Positions 7,392-16,270 are shown, counted from the stretch's first letter. The stretch is DNA of 17,332 bases from Candidatus Heimdallarchaeota archaeon (GCA_030668825.1 DAOVET010000050.1:1-17332), one strand, 5' to 3'. A program made the numbers and translations. Notes: generated by a model from the sequence alone, not told the origin.

Positions 7392-8759
7392 ATGGTACTA
7401 GAAAAATTACGTTCTGAGATACTGGAAGTAGCTGATTTAGCTCTAAAGTATGCAAAAGATATGAGTATTCAAACAGCTGAAGCTTATATCATCAAGAATT
7501 CTCTAACCGAAGTTAAATATTCCAAAGGAAAAACTGAATGCCGAGACGGTATGCTTCAAGGAATTGGCATCCGTGTTGCTGAAGGTAAAAAAGTTGGCTT
7601 TGCCACTTGTGCTGGATTTGCACCTGATTCCATTAAATCGACTTTGGCTAATGCGCATAAGATTGCTAAAAACTGTCCTGAAGATCCTCGATTTTCTGGT
7701 TTTATTTCTGAAAGTAAACCTGGAAAAGAAGGAATTCTAGACACAAATATAACTGAACTTGACTCTGAAACTCTTGTTGGACATTTAGCTGGTTTAGTTA
7801 AAGAAACAGATATTGACGATCAAAGGTTAGTTGGTGCAGATATCGAAGTGGGCACTCAATGGGGTGGTTTCGCTGTAGCAACAACTGAAGGCTGTCTTGT
7901 CTCCTCTCTTAATACTGCACATTATGGTACAGTGTACTCTGTCGCAATGGGTCAAGGAGAACGCTCAACAGCTTTTGACTTCAAAGTTGGTAGAACTATA
8001 CAAGAATTAAGTGGATTAGGAACTAATGCTATCAACAAAGCATTCAAACACTTGGGTTCAAAACCTCTCGGAGAATCTCTTAAAATTCCTACAATCTGGG
8101 AACCCTTAACTGCTTCAATGTTATTAAGTACAACTTTTCAAGTAGGACTTGATGGTGGTACTGTTGTTGAAAAACAAAATCCTTTGATGCATAAAATGAA
8201 TGAACAAATTGCTACCAAAGATTTCCAATTGAATGATGATGGTACTATTCCAACAAAGATTTCTTCAGAGGCTGTTGATGCTGAGGGGACAACTATAGGT
8301 AAGACTGAAATCGTAAAAGATGGTGTTCTAAAGAGCTTTCTATTTGACAATTTCTATGGGCCAATTTTCGGAACCAAAAGTACTGGAAATGCTCAAAGAG
8401 ATGAACCAACACGTTATGAAAATATACCTTCCATAGCACCTAACAAACTTGTTCTACAACCTGGTACTAAAAACAAAGACGAACAAATTGCAGCTTATGA
8501 TAAAGCTATTTTCATTGAAGGTTTTCCAATGGGTATGGGACATTCAAATATGATTACAGGAGATTTCTCTATAACTGCAACTAATGCATATTTAGTTGAG
8601 AAAGGAGAGATTGTTCATCCTCTTAAACCAGTAAGTATTGCAGGTAACTTCTTTGAATCACTAATAAAAATTCAACATATCGGTTCAGATCCTGTTGATT
8701 TGCCCTTTCCATTAGAAAGTTCTACTTTGACAATAGATGATCACACTGTAAGTGGTTAA
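7392..8759 (+). CDS. pmbA: PmbA/TldE protein (non-catalytic partner of TldD)
   Basis: GIGIRV, DAEG, STGNAQR, ITGDFS and PVSIAGN motifs, no HExxH. ATG at 7392 follows the tldD stop with GGAGG upstream, preferred over TTG 7377. Confidence 0.9.
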   Translation: MVLEKLRSEILEVADLALKYAKDMSIQTAEAYIIKNSLTEVKYSKGKTECRDGMLQGIGIRVAEGKKVGFATCAGFAPDSIKSTLANAHKIAKNCPEDPRFSGFISESKPGKEGILDTNITELDSETLVGHLAGLVKETDIDDQRLVGADIEVGTQWGGFAVATTEGCLVSSLNTAHYGTVYSVAMGQGERSTAFDFKVGRTIQELSGLGTNAINKAFKHLGSKPLGESLKIPTIWEPLTASMLLSTTFQVGLDGGTVVEKQNPLMHKMNEQIATKDFQLNDDGTIPTKISSEAVDAEGTTIGKTEIVKDGVLKSFLFDNFYGPIFGTKSTGNAQRDEPTRYENIPSIAPNKLVLQPGTKNKDEQIAAYDKAIFIEGFPMGMGHSNMITGDFSITATNAYLVEKGEIVHPLKPVSIAGNFFESLIKIQHIGSDPVDLPFPLESSTLTIDDHTVSG

Positions 8760-8760
8760 A

Positions 8761-8780
8761 TCTCCACTTCTTCTTTTTTT
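8761..8780 (+). terminator. Pyrimidine/oligo-T tract, putative archaeal terminator
   Basis: TCTCCACTTCTTCTTTTTTT immediately after the pmbA stop. Confidence 0.45.
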
Positions 8781-8949
8781 ACTTAAATCTAAAATTTTAT
8801 GAAAACTCTATTCCAAAAATGAAATAAATTATCATGATTGTGAAACTAAGTGCATCATTACTTTTGAGTAATGTTTTAATAGTGTCACTTTTCAATTTAC
8901 GCACTTAAATCTACAATTAACTAGATCAAGAAAATAGAAGAGGTTACTA

Positions 8950-9675
8950 ATGAAAGTAAAAACTATAGTTTTTGTATTTATTGTATGTTTCTCTTACTCA
9001 ATACTTGCAAATGCTGAAACAACTACAACTGATCTATTTACCGATTCTGATACATTACCTTCTGGATATTTTGTTCTATATACTAGAACAATATCTCAAT
9101 CCTCAACAACTGTTCGAGTTACTGTTACTTCTTCGGATAATGTAGATGTAGCAATATGTGGAGGTGGAGATTTTGAAGAATGGAACGATGGAGGATCTGA
9201 ACCTTATTGGCATGCATATAGTTCAGATGTAACATCTACTACTATTACAGAAATATTAAATTCAGGAAGTTATGATTTTGTAATTATCAATTTCGGTTTA
9301 TCAACTGTTTCCTATACAATTTCTGCTACTCAAAGTTATGAAGTTGGGGGTTCTGGCCTAGAACCTGGAGACTGGATTTATGGTCTAATTGGTCTAGGTG
9401 TTCTTGGAATTGTAATTGGTGCTATTGTTTTCAGAAGAAGACGAAGACAGCAGATGCAAACTGAAACAGGATATTACCCACAGCAACAACCGTATCAACC
9501 ACAAAGAACATACGAACCACAACAAACATATCAAACATATCAAACATATCAATCAGCAGAGCAGCCTCCTTCTGCTTTTAGTCAAACTCCACAAGGGCTA
9601 AAAGTATGCCCAAATTGCGGGTTTAATGAAGATTTAGATGCTAAGTTTTGTACATCTTGCGGTAGTAAGCTATAG
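8950..9675 (+). CDS. Single-pass membrane protein with extracellular beta-rich domain and C-terminal zinc ribbon
   Basis: Signal peptide ending ILANA, Ser/Thr-rich beta-strand domain, TM helix WIYGLIGLGVLGIVIGAIVF, RRRRR stop-transfer, Q/P/Y/T linker and CPNCG-x9-CTSCG zinc ribbon. Confidence 0.85.
   Translation: MKVKTIVFVFIVCFSYSILANAETTTTDLFTDSDTLPSGYFVLYTRTISQSSTTVRVTVTSSDNVDVAICGGGDFEEWNDGGSEPYWHAYSSDVTSTTITEILNSGSYDFVIINFGLSTVSYTISATQSYEVGGSGLEPGDWIYGLIGLGVLGIVIGAIVFRRRRRQQMQTETGYYPQQQPYQPQRTYEPQQTYQTYQTYQSAEQPPSAFSQTPQGLKVCPNCGFNEDLDAKFCTSCGSKL
9523..9552 (+). repeat. Perfect 9-bp coding tandem repeat (CAAACATAT x3 + CAA) encoding QTY-QTY-QTY-Q
   Basis: Read directly from the sequence at 9523-9552. 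Confidence 0.9.
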
Positions 9676-9690
9676 AATTCTCATAACTTA

Positions 9691-9704
9691 CATTCTTTTT
9701 TTCT
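9691..9704 (+). terminator. Oligo-T tract, putative terminator
   Basis: CATTCTTTTTTTCT 15 nt after the stop at 9675. Confidence 0.35.
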
Positions 9705-10034
9705 ATACAAAATTGTCTTTAAAGATTAGGGACTACTTTTGTAAAGAGATAAAGGAAGATTGTTGTTTGTTTTTAATCTTTGTTAATTAATAAAGTAGTT
9801 TTTCGATACTGCCAACACATAGTAAAAGAAAAGATTAAAATTATTTTATTCTTTTTCAACAAGTTTAGCAGGTGTTGCACATGAGTATCCAAGATAATTT
9901 ACAAAAAGATAACTTACTAAAGATAGAAAAAGTAGAATTCTTGACTATAGATTAGTGCCAGTCTAGCACTCTTTCCTGCTTGGTTTGAAATACGAGCAAT
10001 TAAGAAAAAAGTGAAAATCACTCTTTTATTTTAT

Positions 10035-10838
10035 TTATTCAGTGCAGAAATCTTCTAGAAATCCAGCAGTTTGAAGAAGATCAGCAAATCTTCTTGCGAA
10101 TCTAGTAGCAGGTGCTCCATCAGTGATGATGTGATCTATTTTTAAGGTTATATTCAGAAATTCTCTGTTTTCAAGATTACCATCAATTAAACGAGGTTGT
10201 TCTGATATTCCTCCAACAACTACAATTAGAGGATGATGTCCGAGATTAATTGCCCATCCACCAATTCCTTTTGCAAACATACCAAGAGGATTGAGCTGAA
10301 CTGTTCCATTAAGTTTCTTCAAATAAAAAGGATTTTTACGTAATCGTCTCCAAAAAATGAGATCACGAATAAATCGTGGTAAAGAAAAGAGCATGTTTAA
10401 TTGTTTCTTGGATATGCTAGTATGTATATCATCTTTGTCTGGATATTGAGCTGCTCTTATTTCGTTATGTAGTTCTTGAAGACTCTTTTCGTTAGCCTTT
10501 CTAATGACCAATATGGATGGAAAAGGTTCACCATCAATAATTTTCTCTATTGGAATCGAAAGATCCACATCCTCGAAGAAAATAATTTTTTTACCTTTTT
10601 TGGAAGAATGAACTTCTTTATTTTCACTAACAGCTGTAGCTAAACATTTTGCAACCCAGGATGTAAATGAAAGATTAGCACCAGTTTGACGTTTATAACA
10701 CGCAAATATTTTCCTAGCTTCAGTTACATCTAATTCCATTAATCCAGTCATATAGTATCTATTTCGAGAGAATTCTGTAGCTTCAACTTGCAACTTACGT
10801 TTGAAAGGTTTAGTTGTATAGTTGCCTATATTATCCAT
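10035..10838 (-). CDS. Stand-alone 2-oxoacid dehydrogenase E2-like acyltransferase catalytic domain (CAT-like fold)
   Basis: ELDVT, LSFTSWVAK, IRKANEKSLQEL and catalytic DHIITDG (DHxxxDG). No lipoyl or E3-binding domain. Confidence 0.88.
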   Translation of the reverse strand: MDNIGNYTTKPFKRKLQVEATEFSRNRYYMTGLMELDVTEARKIFACYKRQTGANLSFTSWVAKCLATAVSENKEVHSSKKGKKIIFFEDVDLSIPIEKIIDGEPFPSILVIRKANEKSLQELHNEIRAAQYPDKDDIHTSISKKQLNMLFSLPRFIRDLIFWRRLRKNPFYLKKLNGTVQLNPLGMFAKGIGGWAINLGHHPLIVVVGGISEQPRLIDGNLENREFLNITLKIDHIITDGAPATRFARRFADLLQTAGFLEDFCTE

Positions 10839-10939
10839 TTCTATTCAAATGAAATTTTTTTCACTCATTTATTAAGTTTTTTGACTAGCTAAAATGCAAG
10901 AAAGCACTCTTGAATACTTCTGAATGGAAATACAAGCAT

Positions 10940-11275
10940 TTACCACTTTTCTTCAGGTCTTCTTTCAGGGATCATTACAATTTCAGAATCAAAAGCATAA
11001 TTAGGGTCAAAATATAAAGCACAATAACAACGTCCAAATTCATCTATGTCAGGCTGGGCATAATCACAAGGACAAATAATATCTCTGTCAGATTTCATCT
11101 CTTCAAATGAATCTCTGCAAGGACAGTTAAAATACCCTACTCTGTTAAAATAGTCTCTTAATCCTTCAACAAGCATATCTAGTGTTCCATCATCATTTGG
11201 ATGTAGAATCCAATTTCTCTTTTGAGCTACTTGTTTTACGTATTTAGTTACGTCATCTATAGTTTTCTCTCTCAT
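10940..11275 (-). CDS. Ferredoxin:thioredoxin (disulfide) reductase catalytic subunit-like protein
   Basis: CPCR...ICPC...CYC Fe-S/disulfide motif set. ATG at 11275 is preferred over TTG 11284. Lies directly downstream of the glutaredoxin. Confidence 0.9.
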   Translation of the reverse strand: MREKTIDDVTKYVKQVAQKRNWILHPNDDGTLDMLVEGLRDYFNRVGYFNCPCRDSFEEMKSDRDIICPCDYAQPDIDEFGRCYCALYFDPNYAFDSEIVMIPERRPEEKW

Positions 11276-11285
11276 GCATATCAAC

Positions 11286-11600
11286 CTATTCGAGAAACAG
11301 TTCTTTCCAATTTTCTATGTTAAAACCAGCGTAGAATTTATCTCCATCAACGATTAAGAAAGGATATCTAACCATCGCATTGAAATGCTTACTGACAGCT
11401 CTTTTGAATTCTCTTTTGTCTTCAAAAGGAACCTTATCAATGTCTAGATAACTGTAAGTGTAGTTGTTATCTTTCAACCACTTTTTACCCTTTTTACACC
11501 ATTGACAGGTACTTAAAGCAAGCATAATAATTTCATTTGCCTTTTTTTCACCTTCGACAGTTACTACTTCCCCAGGAATTTTGATATCAGCGAAATCCAT
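11286..11600 (-). CDS. Glutaredoxin/NrdH-like redoxin
   Basis: LSTCQWCKK (CxxC), YPFLIVDG cis-Pro motif and GF. Confidence 0.9.
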   Translation of the reverse strand: MDFADIKIPGEVVTVEGEKKANEIIMLALSTCQWCKKGKKWLKDNNYTYSYLDIDKVPFEDKREFKRAVSKHFNAMVRYPFLIVDGDKFYAGFNIENWKELFLE

Positions 11601-11630
11601 TGTGTTATCGAATAAATGTAGTTTAGAGTT

Positions 11631-11646
11631 ATTATAAACCTATTTC
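11631..11646 (-). promoter_or_regulatory. Putative BRE/TATA (GAAATAGG-TTTATAAT) for the grx-ftr pair
   Basis: Purine-rich run followed by TTTATAAT about 30 nt upstream of the ATG at 11600. Confidence 0.45.
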
Positions 11647-11712
11647 TTTTCCAAGTTTTTTCGATTTTTTGAAATTAGTAAAAAGTATAAAATAGATTAA
11701 AAAAAGGGAAGA

Positions 11713-13611
11713 TTATTCAACATATTTTGAATAGAATTCCTCCCATCCGATCATTTTTACTCCCAGAGCCTCAGCTTGTTCTTGTCTTTTTATTCCTGGT
11801 TTCTCTGCAAGTACCAAATAGTCTAAGGTCTTAGTAACGCCTGAACCCCAAACTATTCCTTTTTTCTCTAACAGTTCTTTTAATTCTATTTTTGTATATT
11901 CTTCTACTTTTCCTGTAACATATATTTTCAATGAAATCACCTGTTGTGTTTCTCTTTGATTAGTGATTTGTGTATCTTTTTTCTCAGGATAGATAATTGT
12001 TAAACCATGTTTGAACAATCTGTTGTATCTTTCAGTTTGTCTGATTCCATTATGGATAAAACTAGCAGTGATATCGGATATGCCTTCTAATTTCATCAAT
12101 TCCTCCATAGAAGCTTCTTTGAGTTCATCAAGATTGTTAAAAGAGTTAGCTAGTTTCTTACCCATGGTTCTTCCCAATTTTTCTATACCCAAACCTGCTA
12201 GAAATGTTCTAAAAGGTAGTTCTCTTGTTTCATCTATAGAAGCTAAGATTTTTGTACCATTTCGCCCTAGCAGATTTACTAATTGGTCTTCTGTAAGAGA
12301 ATAAAGATCAGAATAGTGTTTAACCAAACCTGTATTGTAGAGTTTCTCTAAGCTTTTACCACCAATTCCATCTATACCTGTTTTTTTAATCCAAGAACTA
12401 ATTTCTTGTATATTTCTTCCCCTACATGAATCACCGGTACAGAGAAGATTTACACCAGATTTCACAGTTTTAGATCCACAAGATGGACATTTATTCGGTA
12501 GATTCACTTTTCCTGTAGAATTCTTCGCAGTAACACGGATAATTTTTGGAATTACCTCTCCAGATCTTTCAACATAGACAAAATCACCAGGTTGAGCATC
12601 TAGGTTAATCAGGAAATCAGCATTGTGCATTGTAGCTCGACTGATCACAGCACCTGATACTTCCACAGGTTCTAATTCAGCAACAGGAGTTAAGACAGAT
12701 GTTCTTCCAACTTGCCAAGTTATTGCATTTAGTTTTGTAGATTTTCCTTTACTTTCAAATTTCAAGGCTATTTGCCATCGGGGATGATGATCTGTTGCTC
12801 CAACTTCTTCTCTATCTGAAGCTAAGTTGTATTTGAAAACAACTCCATCAATTTCAAAGTCTAGACTATCTCTTTCATTTTCAACACTTTTGAAATGTTT
12901 AGATACTTCCTCGTAATTTGGTGAATCAATAGTAAGGTAATCAGAAGTTTCAAATCCCCAATTTTTCAAGGTTGAAGCTTTTTCTTCTATAGTTGCTTGG
13001 TCATTCCATCCCAGAAGCTCAAACGTCATGAAATTAAGTGTTCTTCCTTCCATCATGCGTGCATCTTTTTGTTTAGCAGTTCCAGCTGCGAGATTTCTAG
13101 GATTACTGTATTTTTCTCCTTCAGGTAAGGAATCATTTATCCTGTTAAATTCAGAGATTCGCATATAGAGCTCACCTCGAATTTCGACTCTTTCTTCAAA
13201 TGGTATAGTTTTAGGAATCGCTTCTATTTTCAGCACATTTAAGGTTACATCGTCACCTAGAGTACCTGAACCTCTGGTAGCAGCTTGAATCAACTTAGAA
13301 TCTTGGTAAATTATCTTCAGAGACAAACCATCTATTTTGTAACCCATCATTACTGGTCGATTTTCAGACCAAGAAATGATTTTATCTACAGTTTTGGCTT
13401 TTTGGCATGAAAGCATAGATGGATCATGAGTAACATTACCTCCAGAAGGAGCACCAATAATGAACAAAACAGGATTCTCAGGATCGATATCTCGTAACCT
13501 ATCTTCAAGGCTATCATATTCGTCATCAGAAATCTCTGGTTCATCATCGTAATATTTTCTTTTATGATACAGAATCAAGTTTTCTAGTTGTTTCCTTTCC
13601 TCATTCACCAT
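11713..13611 (-). CDS. ligA: NAD-dependent DNA ligase
   Basis: Ia subdomain YYDDEPEISDDEYD, adenylation motif KIDG, ATRG, EIRGE, NPRNLAAG, IDGVVFK, OB domain RATMHN/SGEVIP, C4 zinc finger CPSC..C..C, HhH motifs and C-terminal BRCT. Start is ATG 13611 or GTG 13620. Confidence 0.96.
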   Translation of the reverse strand: MVNEERKQLENLILYHKRKYYDDEPEISDDEYDSLEDRLRDIDPENPVLFIIGAPSGGNVTHDPSMLSCQKAKTVDKIISWSENRPVMMGYKIDGLSLKIIYQDSKLIQAATRGSGTLGDDVTLNVLKIEAIPKTIPFEERVEIRGELYMRISEFNRINDSLPEGEKYSNPRNLAAGTAKQKDARMMEGRTLNFMTFELLGWNDQATIEEKASTLKNWGFETSDYLTIDSPNYEEVSKHFKSVENERDSLDFEIDGVVFKYNLASDREEVGATDHHPRWQIALKFESKGKSTKLNAITWQVGRTSVLTPVAELEPVEVSGAVISRATMHNADFLINLDAQPGDFVYVERSGEVIPKIIRVTAKNSTGKVNLPNKCPSCGSKTVKSGVNLLCTGDSCRGRNIQEISSWIKKTGIDGIGGKSLEKLYNTGLVKHYSDLYSLTEDQLVNLLGRNGTKILASIDETRELPFRTFLAGLGIEKLGRTMGKKLANSFNNLDELKEASMEELMKLEGISDITASFIHNGIRQTERYNRLFKHGLTIIYPEKKDTQITNQRETQQVISLKIYVTGKVEEYTKIELKELLEKKGIVWGSGVTKTLDYLVLAEKPGIKRQEQAEALGVKMIGWEEFYSKYVE

Positions 13612-13830
13612 TTGAATCACTAATCTCTCAAATTTTGATTTAACATATTAAATACTTGTTGGGGGGGCTTACATGAAACTAAAAAAAGTAAATCGAAGTA
13701 ATATTGATTGAAAAACTAGAAATCTATCTACAAAGAAAAGTGTTGGGTCTATCAATCAAAATATTAGCCTTAGTTCAGCTTTTAAGTTTTGCATGTTCCC
13801 TCAAAGAAAATAGTTTCGAATTTCAATAAC

Positions 13831-14451
13831 TTAACTACTATTATAATCAGATTTTAGCAGTTTTTTTGATACTTCTTTCAGTTTTTTATCATAATATTTT
13901 GAAGAAATTTCTGTTCTAGTAACCCTAGCATATTTCATTAAAACACCTATATTTAGTAATAAAGAAAAATCACTATCAGCTGTTTGATGTAATAAATCTA
14001 AAGATTTTTTGAAACTGTTATTAACAAACTTGCTTTTCAAATCATCTCTAAGCTCCTTATGGATTGATACAGTTGTTCTTTTTTGAAAATATTCTATAAT
14101 TACACTTAGAGCAACCATCAGATTGAAATTTCTATCTTGTTTTTGAACATCTTCTAAATTGTTCATTTTATTTTCATATCTCTCAAAAATCTCCTTTGCA
14201 CGAATATTGAATTTTGATGCAAGTTGGGCGATGAATTCCTCATCTTCTCCTCTCTCATATGGGTCAATATTTTCTCTGACGATTGTTATTAGCTTACCTA
14301 TAACAATTCCACTATTTTTAATCTTAATTTTCTTAGATGCTCTTCTATCTATAATGAAGTGAGGTTCCTCAAAAAATTGTTGGGACATGATGTAATTAAC
14401 AGTATCATGATATTTCCAATCTTTGTTAGCCCCCCTATTTTGGTTTCCCAT
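13831..14451 (-). CDS. Hypothetical protein (206 aa, charged, probably helical)
   Basis: Intact ATG-initiated ORF with typical soluble-protein composition and a TTTTTAAA TATA-like run upstream. No recognisable motif. Confidence 0.7.
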   Translation of the reverse strand: MGNQNRGANKDWKYHDTVNYIMSQQFFEEPHFIIDRRASKKIKIKNSGIVIGKLITIVRENIDPYERGEDEEFIAQLASKFNIRAKEIFERYENKMNNLEDVQKQDRNFNLMVALSVIIEYFQKRTTVSIHKELRDDLKSKFVNNSFKKSLDLLHQTADSDFSLLLNIGVLMKYARVTRTEISSKYYDKKLKEVSKKLLKSDYNSS

Positions 14452-14515
14452 ACTTGCCCCTTATAATGAGAATCCTCCCCTTTAAAAACTTTAGTTTGAC
14501 TTGAAATAAATGTAG

Positions 14516-16015
14516 CTATTTGAGATTGATTGAGATAATTTCGTCTATTTCCTTTCTTTTTGCAGTATTCTTTCCGTCAAAAATATCTTTTGCTATTTTA
14601 GCTATTTTATTTTCTGTCTCTTGGTCAAAAACAGGAATTTTCACATTACTCATAATTCGCTGAGTGTATGAGATTCTATGGCCCCTCCTTGCACCAGCAG
14701 AGAGATAATATTCCCTAAAGAATTTACTATTAAGATAGCCTAACAGAAAGAAAGGATTCTTATGCTGTGGAACTAGTGTAAGTACATCACCAGATGGTAA
14801 ATACGGTTCTTCAGCTAGACTAAATCTGTTCTCTGTGCTTCTATCTAAACTTGGAACAAAAAGTTTGGGTTGAGCATGAAAAGATTTCAATTTCTCATAA
14901 TTCCTTAATGCTTGCCAATGAAACCATTTGTTACTAGCAGGGAAATACCTAACTGTCATGCTATCCTTATGCGAGATAAGTTTCTTATGAATAGTAGGAT
15001 AGCTCTTCAGTTCTGCTTCAGAATTGATCCTTTTATCAATCAACAAATAATACTCAAAACCATCTGTCCAATATCCTTGACAATGTTTTGATTTGATAGC
15101 CTTTACTAAAAATTCCTTTTCTTCATCATTCAATAGAGATTTTTCTTCCTCATCTAGAATGAAAGCTTGTTCAAATCCTGAAACCAAACCAACTCCAATC
15201 CAACATACTTCTTTTAAAAGATAGAAGTCAGAGAAGGTCTTTTCAGGATAGGTTGTCCATACTTCGTTTTCATGAGTAAACATCTCTCTTTCGTAGTAAG
15301 TAAAAACCTCATTTTCTTTGCTCTTTGATAACGAATCAACTGCCTTTTTATGGATTGTATTTGGTTTGAAATTTCTTTCTTTTATCCTAAGTATTCTAAT
15401 ATTCCGTTGAGATTCTAAAGATTTCTTAACAAATTTAAAAATAAGAGTTTCAGGATTTTCATCTTCAAATAATCTAGTTTCATCCAAATCTATAATTATT
15501 TCCAGATAACCATTATCAATTATTTTCTCTCTAATCACCTTGGCATAAGTATTAAAGAAAAAACCATATGGGACAATGAAAATTAATTCGCCTCCTTCTT
15601 TCAACAATTCAATAGATTTCAATATGAATGCATAGTAAATATCTGACTCTTTATTTCCTACAATTCTTACAACTTTTGATCTACTAGATCTGGGAAGAGA
15701 ATTATAATGAGTATAAGGAGGATTACCTATTATGAGATCATATTCCTTTAGATTTAGCCAATCCAAGTAATCATCATTGTAGAGTTTAACATTCGGGAAC
15801 TTCTTCAAACAGAATTCATACAAGTTTTTACTAAGTTCAATTCCCTCAATATCTGTAAATCCTGCTTCTTGAAGACCTTTAAGGAAGATTCCCTTACCGC
15901 AGCCTGTATCTAGAATAGATATGTTCTTCTGAATTTTTTTATTTTCTGAAACAAGTGAAATCATCAATTTTGCTATATCCTTAGGTGTTTGAACAAAAGC
16001 TATGGAATCATTCAT
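14516..16015 (-). CDS. Type II-like N6-adenine DNA methyltransferase, gamma class (M.TaqI/Eco57I-like)
   Basis: Motif X (VQTP), motif I ILDTGCGKGIF, motif IV IIGNPPY, DIYYAFI, LLKEGGELIFIVP and a TaqI-C-like C-terminal region (LLGYLNS...IP). Confidence 0.9.
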   Translation of the reverse strand: MNDSIAFVQTPKDIAKLMISLVSENKKIQKNISILDTGCGKGIFLKGLQEAGFTDIEGIELSKNLYEFCLKKFPNVKLYNDDYLDWLNLKEYDLIIGNPPYTHYNSLPRSSRSKVVRIVGNKESDIYYAFILKSIELLKEGGELIFIVPYGFFFNTYAKVIREKIIDNGYLEIIIDLDETRLFEDENPETLIFKFVKKSLESQRNIRILRIKERNFKPNTIHKKAVDSLSKSKENEVFTYYEREMFTHENEVWTTYPEKTFSDFYLLKEVCWIGVGLVSGFEQAFILDEEEKSLLNDEEKEFLVKAIKSKHCQGYWTDGFEYYLLIDKRINSEAELKSYPTIHKKLISHKDSMTVRYFPASNKWFHWQALRNYEKLKSFHAQPKLFVPSLDRSTENRFSLAEEPYLPSGDVLTLVPQHKNPFFLLGYLNSKFFREYYLSAGARRGHRISYTQRIMSNVKIPVFDQETENKIAKIAKDIFDGKNTAKRKEIDEIISINLK

Positions 16016-16099
16016 CTGCAGAGTTCACTCACTAGCTTGCTATTGCTTTACATTTAAAAATTCTTGGTAGAATTAAGTGAGATTTTAACCACTTGAAAC

Positions 16100-16270
16100 T
16101 CAAATATCTATTTGTTCTAATAAATCTTCAATTTTGTTTGGCAAAGTAGAAACAAATTTTGTTACAACTGGGGGGATTTCTTTAATTCTGTTTGCTAATG
16201 ACATCGACCACATTCTTATTTCTGAACTGACTTCTGAAGCAATTACAGCAAAAAACACTGGTAAAAGCAA
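16100..16270 (-). pseudogene. Possible 56-aa small ORF or gene remnant
   Basis: TTG 16270 to TGA 16100 reads LLLPVFFAVIASEVSSEIRMWSMSLANRIKEIPPVVTKFVSTLPNKIEDLLEQIDI, which looks protein-like. The frame continues upstream across a TAG at 16289-16291. No clear RBS. Confidence 0.3.

Noticed and set aside
7556-8350. Minus-strand ORFs 7556-7744 and 8138-8350
   Set aside because: Antisense to the well-supported pmbA gene.
9523-9552. Tandem repeat as CRISPR or mobile-element signature
   Set aside because: 9-bp units with no spacers, in frame within a coding linker.
9416-9601. 61-aa alternative-frame ORF with HIK repeats
   Set aside because: Off-frame reading of the QTY repeat region inside the membrane protein gene.
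9851-9947. Minus-strand stretch reading SRILLFLSLVSYLFVNYLGYSCATPAKLVEKE*
   Set aside because: No start codon after the upstream in-frame TAG, and too short to call a gene remnant.
12011-12304. 97-aa plus-strand ORF
   Set aside because: Antisense shadow of ligA with the Ser/Leu-rich composition typical of such shadows.
14159-14362. 67-aa plus-strand ORF
   Set aside because: Antisense to the longer 206-aa ORF, with no independent support.
13831-14451. 206-aa ORF as the cognate restriction endonuclease
   Set aside because: No nuclease catalytic motif can be identified by eye, so it is kept as hypothetical.
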